NCBI GenBank assembly: GCA_030390025.1
Contig: CM059431.1
Location: forward strand, 105,898,001 to 105,962,000
Length of the DNA stretch: 64,000 nucleotides
Direction: 5' to 3'
From: Squalus acanthias
Lineage: Eukaryota
The translations under genes were made by a program, and so were the position numbers. Each line of letters starts with the position of its first letter. Position 1 is the stretch's first letter. Shown here piece by piece: positions 23,471-35,318 of this stretch. The notes under the pieces are model-generated. The model did not search any database and was not told the origin of the DNA. It worked only from the letters and a program-made list of their open reading frames with translations.

Positions 23471-24202
23471 GGCCCAAAAATCCAGGGGCGCTCACTTTCG
23501 GGCACGGAGCACGATCCCTGTGCCAGAATGGGGATGTCCGAGGTGCCCTCAATACTGGGACTCAGACCTCATTAACATTAAACCGGTGAGGCTGATGGGG
23601 CCCGTTGGCGGAGATTGAAGGTAAGTAAGGGCCGGGGAGGAGGGGCGGTGTCTGGGTGGAGAATGTGTCTCTGGGAGAGATCGGTGCTGGGGTGGGGCGG
23701 GGGAAGAATGGGGAATTGGTGCCGGGGGAGTGGGTGGGAGAGAAAGGGCCTCGGGCAGGGATCGGTGCCGGTGAGTGTAGATAAGGTCTCGGGGAGGGAT
23801 TGGTGCTAAGGGGAGGGGGGGGGGGGGGGGTGTCGCGACAGTCGGCAGCAGCCCGTGTTCTTTTTTTAACGTGGGGTCAGGAGGACTCCTGCTCCTCCCG
23901 GCTCCACATTCAGGTAAGTGCAGGATGCCTTCCTGCCAGTTGACGCCATGTCGTTCTGTGCGAGTTCAGCGCGTCGCCAGTGAAGAGCTGGGCCAATCGA
24001 AAATCTACAACGGGTCCTGTAGTAAGCGCAGGACCCTAATTTAAATACATTATCCTGCCACCAGCGCATCTACCTTTTCCAATATGGGGGGCAGCGCACC
24101 TCCAGTCGGAAATTTGAGCGCGATTCCTGCCCGTCATATTCAAAGCTTAGGAGGTTGTTTAGCGCCCGAAAAATGGGTGCTGTGCGGCTGAATTCCTAGG
24201 CC
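23471..24202. mobile_element. GC-rich Harbinger-like non-autonomous element
   Basis: Ends GGCCCAAAAATCCAG / CTGAATTCCTAGGCC. CpG-rich interior with G-runs. Confidence 0.55.
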
Positions 24203-25820
24203 TCGAAGTCCATAGGGGTGAGACATCACATAGTTAGACACCACATGAACAAAATTCCAGGAATACCACTGACCGGGAGTTGGCAACTTTAATTTAACTT
24301 TATTTTAATTTTTGATTTAATATTGATACACCAGTTTTTTTTTTTGGCGTGCCTCACACCATAAATCTAAAGATTTGAAAAGTGACGAGCCTAAAATGTC
24401 ACTGCATATGACAAGGTTGATATTGCAACACATTAGACAGAGCTTTTAGCGTTTGTGTATTTAGTTCTTTATAATGAGTATAGAAGATGGTTCGTCAGCA
24501 ATATTTTACGACATAATCTCTATTTAATGCAGTAGGTATTAAGTGCCCACGGCTTGGAAGGGCTGATGGCTTCGTCCATACTTCCCCCAATGTTTTTTTC
24601 AAGGACACATGTTGTACACACTTGCCTTTTTGGCCTGTTACCATGGAGACAGTGGGATAGTTTTTTTTTAATTTAGTGCTAGACAAACATAGTTTCAATA
24701 AAGGAAAATTATCTTCAGACCCTTGGACTGATTCACCGGGGCATGCAGGAGTGCGCCTAATTAGTATTTAAACTAAAATACGATGGTGCCTTTTTCCTGA
24801 TACCACGAGGGATTTGAAAACGTTACACAAGGTACAGTTGGTACAAATGCACAAACAGGGAGGTGGGTGACACCATTTGAACCAAGACCGTCTGCAAGTA
24901 CATGGCTGAATTCCTTATCTATTTGATCTCATTTTCTACGGCGCGATTGTGAGGCTTTCCAAAGTGGCTTTAATCTTTGAGGTGATCCATCGCAGAGGCA
25001 GAGTGCAAGCACCTCAGTCTGGGGGATCTGAAGAACAAAGTACTGAAGCCACGAAGCGGGAATGAGTGGGAAAGGCCTGGCTATGGATAATATTTCCCAG
25101 CCGTGTCTTTGCAACAGCCTTCACACACAAGCAAGAGCCCACACCTAGCTACTGTTACGCACTCTGCGGGCGGTATAATGGCTCCATTTAGGTTATGTCA
25201 TACTCTCAGTCGAAACCCAATCTTCTTGTATGCCGGAAAACCAGATCGACGCGTGCCCTTTAACAGTCTCAGTCCGTGAGCACTTCCGAAATGGGCTGCC
25301 ACCCACAGCAGTGCCTGCAAGCTGAAGGTACCACTCTGGATCATAAATCACATAATAAACATTCAATCACTTTTCATTGTGTGATTTTTCTTTAGTCTAA
25401 TTAGTGTAAAGGTTATTTCCATCAATTCACAAGAATGTGCACTAATAATAATAAACTAAAGGCCTGACTCGGAGGAGGACATTAAGCTGTTTCTGACAAG
25501 AAATTGATAGCTAACACAGTCTTTGCTATGCCTTTACCAACGTTACAGTTTATCAAAAATTGTGTAGAGCCGAGGCCTGATTTTTGGATCCAGTTGTGTG
25601 TTCGGTTATTTACCAGGACTTCCTTGTGCCCGTCCCACTACATTGGCAATCTTAGTAAAGGTGGTTCGTCAGCAACATTTTACGACATAATCTCTATTTA
25701 ATGCAGCTGTCTTTCATTCTGCCAGTGCCATTTACACTTCATCTAGAGCCATCTTTTGTTTCTTAACTTGTCCCATTACCATCTCCTTTTGCCTTGCACC
25801 ATCTCTTAATCTCTCTTAAT

Positions 25821-26583
25821 GGGCCAGAAATTCGTCTGTTGTTGGGTGAGTACGCGCTGTGTACTCACCCGTAAGGCCACCTGAAGTGCCAGTTTCACGC
25901 ATGCACTATGCATGCGTGGGAAACCGGAACTTCCGTTCCCCTGAAGGGAGGGGTTCAGAAGTCAAACGCGTGCGCGGGAGAGGCAGCACGCACGCAGTGA
26001 ACGTCATTTTTTTTTTCAGGTTTCTCCGGGAGGGTAAGTATGGAGAAGCTGCACTTTTAAAAAGGAGGCGCAAGGCCTGTTTTTAACAAGGTAAGTGGTT
26101 AATTAATTACAATTTAAACATTTTTTCAACAGGTTTATCTTTTTTACATACTTTAAAGAAAGGTAAGTTTATTTTTAGCACCGTTAAAAAGTTTAATTAA
26201 TTTTTTCAAAATTTTTAATTTTTGTTTAAAGTAGTTAATTTATGTAATTCATAGTTATTTTAAAACATGATTTAAAAAAGAAATGTATTTGAAGTTTTAG
26301 TGTGGTTTTGGGGCCGATCTCAATTCATAGATTTGAAAGGTCTTCCTGTCAAATCTATGAATGAAACTTCCCTGCTAGGATTAGCTCTCCATGGCCCACG
26401 TGATCCCAGGGGACGCTTCGAACTAACTGCGCCCCTGGGATACGCAAGCACTGCGCACCGGCAGCTGCAGGAGGCCCAGGACCCGAATTCCTCATGGGCC
26501 CGAAGCACAACGGCAGGCGCGGTAGGTAAGTACGCGTGCAATGCTTGCACCCGCAGGAAGCCGGAGAGCTGAATTTCTGGCCC
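25821..26583. mobile_element. Family A TIR transposon, copy 2
   Basis: Perfect TIRs GGGCCAGAAATTC / GAATTTCTGGCCC, flanks AAT/ATT, AT-rich core. Collinear with 46285-47027. Confidence 0.85.
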
Positions 26584-26706
26584 ATTGTCTCTTAATCTCT
26601 CCTGCCTTCCATCCTATCACAGACCTTCCCTTTTGTTCTTTCCTCCCCTCCCCCCTTTCCCTGCTCCTGCACTTGCTTAAAAACCTGTTCCATCTCCAGC
26701 TTTTTC

Positions 26707-26744
26707 CAGTTCTGACGAAGGGTCATCGACCTGAAATGTTAACT
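26707..26744 (+). ncRNA. Minimal hammerhead ribozyme motif (stem III altered by CpG decay)
   Basis: AGTT-CTGACGA-A-GGGTC(ATC)GACCT-GAA-ATGT-T-AACT. Confidence 0.55.
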
Positions 26745-26849
26745 CTGTTTCTCTCTCCACAGATGCTGCCTGACCTGCTGAGCATTTCCAGCATTTTCTG
26801 TTTTTATTTCAGATTTCCAGCATCCGTAGTATTTTGTTTTTGTATTAGT

Positions 26850-27062
26850 AAAAGAAAGAACTTGCATTTCTACAGCGCCTTTCATGACTCAGGACGTCCC
26901 AAATCGCTTTACAGCCAATGAAGTATTTTTGAAGTCTAGGCACTGTTGTGGTGTAAGAAACGTAGCAGCCAGTTTCCGCACAGCAAGGTCCCACAAACAG
27001 CAATGTGATAATCACCAGATCATCTGTTCTTTCGTGATGTTGCTTGAGGGAAAAATATTGGT
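26850..27062 (-). mobile_element. Deu-domain SINE, 3' fragment
   Basis: Reverse complement of the SINE tail and 3' core. Confidence 0.85.
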
Positions 27063-27449
27063 TCAAATTTTTTCTGTAAATGTGCAAGCGGACGCTTAAT
27101 ATTAAAGCAAATGGCGAAGTAATGGCATGACTAGCCTCGGACATTTGAGCCTAGAAATTACTGTTCCTAATATTAGCAAGCAGATGTTTAACATGTTCAT
27201 AAGACACTCCCTCGTCGATTAATTTAAGATTAAAATAAATCATTATCATAAACCAACTAATGCCTCTATTAAAATAATGAGAAAGAGATGTCATATGAGC
27301 CACGCTAAGTATTTGTACGCTAATGTCACAAACAGTAATCTCTCAGCTCTGGGCAATGCGTGCTGTCCATCAACCTGATGGGAGAGCTGTTGGGGGGCGG
27401 GGGGGAGAGGAGATTGCACAGTATACTTGATAAAGCAGAGCAGAGGGTA

Positions 27450-27781
27450 AAAGAAAGAAAAAGAAAGATTTGCATTTCTATAGCGCTTTTCATGACCACC
27501 AGACGTCCCAAAGCGCTTTAAAGCCAATGAAGTACTTTTTGAAGTGTAGTCACTGTTGTAATGTAGGAAACAGCCGATTTGCACACAGCAAGTTCCCACA
27601 AACAGCAATGTGATAATGACCAGATCATCTGTTTTTTAGTGATGTTGGTTGAGGGATAAACATTGGCCAGGGCATTGGGGATAACTCCCCTGCTCTTCTT
27701 CGAAATAGTGCCATGGGATCTTTTACGTCCACTTGAGAGAGAGCAGACGGGGCCTCGGTTTAACTTCTCATCCGAAAGATG
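27450..27781 (-). mobile_element. Deu-domain SINE, 5'-truncated
   Basis: Reverse complement of the core and tail. Confidence 0.9.
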
Positions 27782-28239
27782 AAATCTAGAACTGGAGGAG
27801 GTAGCAGCAAAGACCATGGAAGGGAAGCAAATGACAGGAGGGTGGGAAGCCAGGTCAGCTAAAATGAGGGTGATAGTTGAATGGGAGTCAGTTTTATTAA
27901 AATTTGTTCTTGGGTTATGGGTAACACTGGGCAACAGTATTTATTACCCTCTCTAGTTGTCCATAGGGCATTAAGAGTCAACTACATTACGCAGGACTGG
28001 AATTGCACACAGGCCAGATCATGCAGCGATTGAAGATTCCTTTCCCTGAAGGACATTTGTGAACCAGTTGGGTTTTTACAACGATCTGGCAGCTTTTAAT
28101 GGTTAGTTTCTTGCCACCAGTCCAAAAATTATTGGCTTATGGAATTCAATTTTACAACTTTCTGTGGTGGGATTATGAACTACACAATCTATCAGCTGCT
28201 AGTCAAGTACCATAACCACTAGGCTATCTTATCCGTACT

Positions 28240-28680
28240 TTGGAACAGGATGCAGATGGCAAAGTTTTGGATGAGTTGGAGTTTTTCTGGAGTGGAACTT
28301 AAGATGTCAACAAAAAGCAGTTCAAAATTCAAGCTGGAAGGCAATGAAGGAACGGATTAGAGTTTTAATGAGGGTGAGGTAGGAATGGAGGCAAGCAACG
28401 TTTCTGACATGGAAAGAGATGTTGTTAATAATAGACTAGATTTGAGATTTGAATTTCAGCCCAGACCAACAAAGTTATGCAGTGTTTGATTTAGCCTAAA
28501 TTAGCGATCAGGAACTGGGGACTGAGGGACAAAGATTCTAATGGGAGCTGAACAGTATGGTGTTGTTGCGCTGGAGAAAGTTATGATTCATCAATGACCT
28601 GAAGTCAGGTAGTTCAGCATCAACCATGTGGTTGAGGGCGATGGTGGAAAGATAAAGCTTGGTGCCGTGTACATATGGAA
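28240..28680 (-). mobile_element. Old, degraded L2 fragment
   Basis: Diverged match to 9900-10320 and 1500-1560, for example ttttggatgagttggag and gtacatatggaa. Confidence 0.6.
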
Positions 28681-28697
28681 TTTTATCCCACTCTATA

Positions 28698-29166
28698 AAG
28701 AAAGATTTGCATTTATATAGCGCCTTTCACAACCACCTGACTTCCCAAAGCGCTTTACAGCCAATGAAGTACTTTTTAAACTGTAGTCACTGTTGTAATA
28801 TAGGAAATGCGGCAGCCAATTTGCGCACAGCAAGCTCCCACAAACAGTAATGTGATAATGACCAGATAATCTGGGTTTTTTTTGTGATGTTGATTGAGGA
28901 TAAATATTGGCCAGGACACTGGGGATAACTTCCCTGCTCTTCTAAGAAATAGTGCCGTGGGATCTTTTACATCCACCTGAGAGAACAGACGGGGCCTCGG
29001 TTTAATGTCTCATCTGAAGGACGGCACCTCCGACAGTGCAGCACTCCCTCAGCACTGCACTGGAGTGTCAGCCTAGATTTTTGTGCTCAAGTCCTCAGAG
29101 TGGGACTTGAGTCCTCAGCCTTCTGACTGAGAGATGAGGGTGCTACCAACTGAGCCACAGCTGACA
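28698..29166 (-). mobile_element. Deu-domain SINE, full length
   Basis: Reverse complement of the complete SINE, ending ...ctgagccacagctgaca. Confidence 0.92.
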
Positions 29167-29364
29167 TAAGTAAAGCCAGTGATTAGATTGTTGGAGGTGC
29201 AATCCTTCGGATGAGATGTTAAGCAGAGACTCTGTATTCCTGCTCAGGTGAACATTAAAGATCCCATGGCACTACTCAAAAAAGAATAGGGAGTTCCCCT
29301 GGCAGCCTGACCAACATTCCTCCCTTAACCAACACCATCAAAAATATATTAATTAATCATTCAT

Positions 29365-29800
29365 TTCAACTATCAAGAAAGACTGAACAGGCTGGGGCGC
29401 TTTTCTCTAGAAAAGAGAAGATGAGAGGTGGCCTGATAGAGGCCTTTAAGATTCTGAAGGGGTTCGATAGGGTAGACGTAGAGAAGATGTTTCCACTTGT
29501 GGGGGAGTCCAAAACTAGGGGCCATAAATATAAGACAGTCACTAATAAATCCAATAGGGAATTCAGGAGAAACTTCTTCACCCAGAGAGTGGTGAGAATG
29601 GGGAATTCGCTACCACAGGGAGTGATTGACGTGAATATCAGAGGCCTTTGAGTGGAAGCTAAGTACATGAGGGAGAAAGGAATAGAAGGCTATGCAGAGA
29701 GGGTGAGATGAAGAGGGGTGGGAGGAGGCTCGTGTGGAGCATAAACACCGGCACATTCCAGTTGGGCCGAATGGCCTGTTTCTGCGTTGTAAATTCTACG
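29365..29800 (+). mobile_element. CR1 LINE 3' end
   Basis: ORF 29421-29651 contains LIEAFKILKGFDRV...FRRNFFTQRVV. Confidence 0.9.
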
Positions 29801-30223
29801 TAACATTTCAGTTCAAATTGCACAACATAAAAAGGAGAGGGCATTTTGTGAGCCCTATTCCTGACTCCAGTGATTAGCAACACAATAGGGTTCAATAAGA
29901 CATCGTCGGGTAGCCTGAAATTTGTTCATATTTCAGCGTCTGAAACGTTTGTGTGAGAGTGCTCATCTCTTTAAATTGACAAACCCTACCTTCTAGAAAT
30001 AGTTTCAGATGCAAGGAGAATCTCCATTTCACATGAGCTTGCAAACCAGTGTTTAGCATATCTAACATCTACAATTCAGCAGAGGCTGGAACATCAACTT
30101 TTCTGTAAATAAACTCGGTATATTGTTCACTATATAATGCGTTTGAAATGTTGTTAGGAGGCCAGTAAGCGAACTGCCTGCTGAAATTTCAGAAGTAGTG
30201 TAGTGTTGACATTTGCAGGGACT

Positions 30224-30404
30224 ATGTCTAATATAATTATCATGAATTAGTACCAAATTATTATACACTGTCAAAATTTCACCAGCTTCTGTTTTTCTCT
30301 TAATAAATTTCTTAATTGTATCAATGAAAGATGAAACAGAAGCTGAGGAAATGTTGACAGTGTATAATAATTTACTACTAATTCGTGATAATTATATTAT
30401 ACAT
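30224..30404. repeat. Long AT-rich imperfect inverted repeat (hairpin)
   Basis: Arms of ~70 bp (taatataattatcatgaattagtac...cagcttctgttt and its near reverse complement) around a ~35-nt spacer. Confidence 0.9.
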
Positions 30405-30749
30405 ATATAGTTCCTGTGAAATCTGCCGCTGTATAGAGTAACAGTTTGAATTGTGAGAAATGTTTTGTAAATTGTTTGATTTTACCAGTTTTGTTCTTCA
30501 CTTTGTTAAATACACAGGCCACTATCTCCCAGACGGCATTCCTTCCCTTCCCCCAATCCCCTCCCCGCCCATGTAACTTAATTGTGCTGGGAAATTTGTG
30601 CAGCTTCTCACGAGAGAGGTAGTCATGGTGGACTCTGGCCATCCTGACGAGGTTGAAAATGTGACTAGGATTTACATTTCATGAGATAGATAACAGCAAA
30701 TACACAGGAGTCATTCTAAGAACATCTCACCAAGGGCTTCAAGAGATTG

Positions 30750-31198
30750 GGCCCCAGCACCCCTGTGCTCTCTGACCTACATTGGTTCCCGGTCCAGCAA
30801 TGCCTTGAATTTAAAATTCTCCTTATGATGTTCAAATCCCTCATGGCCTCACCTCTCCCTATCTCTGTAACCTCCTCCAGACCTACAACCCTCCGAGATC
30901 TCTGCATTCTTCCAATTCTTGCTCATCTCCGATTCACTTTGTCCCACCATTGGTGGCTGTACCTTCAGCTGCCTGGGCCCTGAGCTCTGGAATTCCCTCC
31001 CTAAACCTCTCCGCCTCTCTCTCCTCCTTTAAGACGGTCCTTAAAACCTACCTCTTTGACTAAAGCATTTAGTCACCTATCCTAATATCTCCTTATATGG
31101 CTCTGTGCCAAATTTTGTTTGATAACGCTCCTGTGAAGCGCCTTGGGATGTTTCACTATGTTAAAGGCGCTGTATAAATGCAAGATGTTGTTGTTGTT
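30750..31198 (+). mobile_element. L2 LINE 3' end
   Basis: TPVLSDLHWFPVQQ..FKIL followed by the 3' UTR and (gtt)n tail. Confidence 0.9.
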
Positions 31199-31863
31199 GA
31201 TTGTGGTTTTTCGGTACACACCGGCTGAGGGGTGGGCGGAGTGATCAGGATACCTGCCAGGAGTTGCGGGCGATAGGCCCGAACGATTTCATGGTCAAGC
31301 CTCGTTGCAATAATATGGGCGAGCTGTCAGCACCTAACGGGAGTTGATGGGCAGCTTGGCGATCGGGGGGGGGGTGGGGGTTGGGGGGTGGGATCCTCCA
31401 TGGAGCCGAGCTGGAATTGGCCATTAACAGTGGGGGTTGGCAATCCTGGAGGAGGGCAATGGAGGGACTGAGCATGGGCAGGAAGATTTGCCACAGTTTT
31501 TGAGTCTTTCCGGGTAGCCTGCAGCAGTTACTTGAAAGACTGCTGGTTCGGTTGTTCAACACTGAGTTCTACAGTTGCAATGGGGTCCTAAATATGGTGT
31601 AGGACCCCAATGTAAATGCCAGTATTTTAGTGAGGCCCACGCCTGTTTCGGGAGGGAGCGCTGGCTGCCTATTTTGAAGCGATAATCGGTCCTTGGGCGT
31701 GAAATTGGCGCAAAGTTTTTTAAAATATATTTTTGACCCATTACCTGAAAAATGGGCAGTAGGCAGATGAAAATTGCTCCCGATATCTTCAGCTGCTCAA
31801 GCTTTGCACTTCTCGTCTGAACCCCAGCGTGCAGTTAGTACTGTGCAATAAGTCCCTTGCTCT

Positions 31864-32008
31864 TGGGCGGTGGCGCAAAAATAGCCGCTAGCGAATCGGC
31901 AGCCTGCTTTGCACGCTGTCCGATCTTCTCTCCCATCGGCTACAAAAGCGGGCAGAGCGCAAAACCGGCTGCGGATTCGCTACTGCCCGTTCTGCGCTAC
32001 CGCCCAAA
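31864..32008. mobile_element. Small palindromic CpG-rich MITE-like element
   Basis: ttgggcggtggcgca..tagcgaatcggcagcc pairs with ggctgcggattcgcta..tgcgctaccgcccaa. Confidence 0.6.
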
Positions 32009-32760
32009 GGCGAATCCGTGCCCCATTATCCCAAAGGCTTGAAGCTACCACCCAGGCTCCTGAGGAGCTATAGGAGAGAGATAGTCATTTGATTCTATAA
32101 TTGGAAGCCAGGCATCCTGTTGTGAAATAGTCAGCATAAGGCCAAGTGAATAATCGACAAGTTTCCAGTTACAATTGAACTCAACTTGTTTGCTTTGTTG
32201 GGGAACATTATGAATAATAATTGCCTGGAGGCTTAGCAGCCTGCAGAGATATCGCATGGTCTGATTTTCCTTTCTCTAAAATGTGATTAGAGATGAATAC
32301 GTAAGTAAATCCTTTTAGCTTCGCATTTCCCAATAAGGAAGTGTGGAAGATGATCAGCTCTGTTATGAAAGCGCGAGTCTTCACTGTTATTCTGGGCACG
32401 AGCTGCAGGATTGTGGGGAATAGGCTGCACGAAGTAAATGCTACGGATGCTCTTATTAAATAGCTCCCGGTGCCCATTTTCGTAGAGTTACATGCTTAAC
32501 TCCATATGGTTAAATTAAATTTGACAGCAGCATGCTGAAACATCCACACTTTTTACACCACAAAGGCAGCTGTGCCTTTGCTGAGCAGCACTGCTCCCAG
32601 TAAGAAGTAGTTTAGAGGAACTGTCAAATGTGACAACATGATCAGAGGCATTTATTGACAGTTCCATAGCGAGAACGCTTAGAGCATCAGAAATCCTGAA
32701 AGTTGTCCCTTTTCCCTGAAATTCATATCGAAATATGGATACACTAATCATGCATGTGTG

Positions 32761-32783
32761 TATATATATATATATATATATAT
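32761..32783. repeat. (TA)n microsatellite
   Basis: Read directly from the sequence. Confidence 0.95.
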
Positions 32784-33574
32784 CTATCTCCTGTTGGAAT
32801 TCCCACCTCATGTCGCATGTTTCTTTTGTGCAGTATCAGCCCAAAGGCACAGATCAAAATCTGAATTGTCACTTGGCATTTAACGAGGGCTGTTGCCAGG
32901 CCACGGAATTTTAACTGAATAGACAACAAAGGCAATAATGAATCGTTAATAGAATTAGTTAGCAGTCTGCCTTTTTGTGCAGTAAATTGGGATGCAAATC
33001 CATGATTTTGTATGTTGAATGGAGTCCAATTGGCATAGCATTTTCCGAGGAATTTAAAGGAATTAAAGTTAATCAGCGAGAGAATTTATGGTACAAATAA
33101 AAAACTGATTCTGAAACAAAACACCTTTATGTTTTTCAGGAATGTGACAGGCTACTTATATAACAAAGAACAGTGCTTTTCAGTGGTCTAGTGAGGTGTT
33201 ATTACATTTGGTAGTCATCTGGGAATATAAGATATCAAATCTTCCACAGTGCCTATGATGTACTGACATTCATTAAAGCCAGCATCCTTCCTCAAATTTT
33301 AAAGACAAAGATTGTGACTGCTCATTATGAAGAGGATTGCTACTTTGTGAAACAGAACCCGCTTTGAACTTGGCTTGTAAGACTAATCAATTGTGTGCGT
33401 TCATGTGTAAGAAAGATTGGACTTGCATTTTTATGGTGCCTTCTCACATCTCTCAGCAAGTGCCAAGCACTACGCATTCAATGAATTATTTACGGGCAGT
33501 TGTGTGGGCAAACCCAGCAGCTATTTTGCGCACAAAAAGGTCCCTCAAACAGCCAATGAAATGACACAGAATGA

Positions 33575-33835
33575 CATAGAATCTACAGCACAGAAACAGA
33601 CCATTCGGCCCAACTGGTCCATGCCGGTGTTTATGCTCCACACGAGCCTCCTCCCACCCTACTTCATCTCACCCCATCTGCATAACCTTCTATTCCTTTC
33701 TCTCTCATGTACTTATATAGCTTCCACTCAAAGGCAGCCATGATATTCGCCTCAATCACTCAGTGTGGTAGCGAGTTCTCCATTCTCACCACTGTCTGGG
33801 TAAAGAAGTTTCTCCAGAATTCTTGATCAGATTTA
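33575..33835 (-). mobile_element. CR1 LINE 3' end
   Basis: Reverse complement of the 29560-29800 type 3' end. Confidence 0.87.
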
Positions 33836-35134
33836 TGTTAAAATTGAAACAAAAAATGAATCCTCCCTTCCCCCCACCACCACCACAACAATGTTTTAAT
33901 CAGTTTCTTCACGTTTGAAATATATTTCTTTCCGCGAAAATTACAGCGGACACGTATGAATGAGTAGAACAGGTACATATATATGTTTAACAGTCTCTTT
34001 GACTTATGCCTGCACCTGGCAATCCTGTGACATTTAAAATGGCAGTTCCAATAACGTTCCCTTTACAACCAGTGAAAAAGAGGTGTAATTATGCGGCCAC
34101 TGTTTAGCGGTGTCACGATCTGTATGTCAGCTTGCTTCAAAAGATCCTGTTTAACAGTACCTTCAGAAAAAAATCTGCTGCGTCGGAAAAGCTACCCCTC
34201 TCAGCTGGAGATCCAAAAATACTGGCATGTTCAATTTCACAAGAGGAAATATATATACAGTACAGTTCTGAGGAGCTGGAGCTACAGGTATCTACCTTAA
34301 TTATAAAACGAAAGCTATGAAGCAGTGGTTGGAACATTGAAACTACTTACATTTATGCTACTGGAATTTCTGATGAGAAGCTCTCAGTCCATGTTAACCC
34401 TTCCATTTTTTAAGGTTTGTGGTTTAGCACACATGAATTAAAGGCTTCTCAACTACCCTAAAGAGTTGCATTGAATCCACATCTTTGCAAGCATGTGAAA
34501 GAATTACAAGGCCTTACATAAAACCCAGACTCCGAATAAATCTGGAGCATCTTTACTGCTGGAGCCTGCAGAAATGAATTATTATATTAATACATGACAG
34601 GTTTAATTCAAACGATAGCTTGACAAATGCTTGCATTGAGGTATTTTCCCCTAGAGTTTTAAACTAGTTTACATGATGGTGCTATTGTACATTTTTGAGT
34701 GGACGGCATTTACAGGCACGTACATTGACCGAGTGGGACTGTTGGCACATATTGGTGTAGTAGTGTTACACACCTCAGGCGGGTTGCTGTTATTGGCCAG
34801 CCGAGGTTGGGGCTGGAGGAAGGCAGGATCATAAAGGGGGAACCCGACCTCATTGGAGATGTTATTTTAATGAGTCACTATTCTCGTGACACCTGGAACT
34901 TCCATCCTATCTTCCATAACAGCTGGCAGGGAATGTGCTGCGAAGCTCGTGAAGGTGGGAGTAGGGATCAAGTTGTACATTTAAGTGCTGCTTGCAAACC
35001 TTTCTTTGTTCCGATTTCCAGTGCACATTGTTCAAAGACAAGGGCAGTAAAATGGCCAGTGTGTTCTATTGAGATCTCTACCGCAATGGTCAACATGGCT
35101 CTGTTGTTCCAATGATGGAATTGTGGTCATGCAG

Positions 35135-35318
35135 TACAACAACAACAACAACAACGTGTGCTTATATAGCACCTTTAGCGTAGTAAAATGTCCCAAGGCG
35201 CTTCACAGGAGCCTGATCTGACAAACTTTGACACCGAGCCACCTAAGTAGATATTAGGACAGGTGACCAACAGGGGCAGGTTTTAAGGAGCGTCTTAAAG
35301 GAGGAGAGAGAGGTAGCA
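35135..35318 (-). mobile_element. L2 LINE tail
   Basis: (caa)n tail plus the L2 3' UTR. Confidence 0.87.

Larger units (their letters stand above)
25707..26845 (+). mobile_element. Penelope-like element 3' region, split by a family A MITE
   Basis: Same unit as 7190-7712, with the hammerhead motif at 26707-26744. Confidence 0.65.

Noticed and set aside
32291..32306. Possible 10-nt exon ending in GTAAGT on the plus strand
   Set aside because: It is not frame-preserving, the acceptor context is mediocre, and such matches are expected by chance.
33140..33190. Possible plus-strand exon (NVTGYLYNKEQCFSVV)
   Set aside because: The acceptor is good but the donor is weak, and the peptide is not recognisable.
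34132..34320. ORF containing SEELEL, reminiscent of the MEF2 beta exon
   Set aside because: The match is only a few residues, and the splice context and the rest of the ORF do not fit.
34365..34400. Third hammerhead (ctgatgag...)
   Set aside because: It lacks a paired stem II and the GAAA box.
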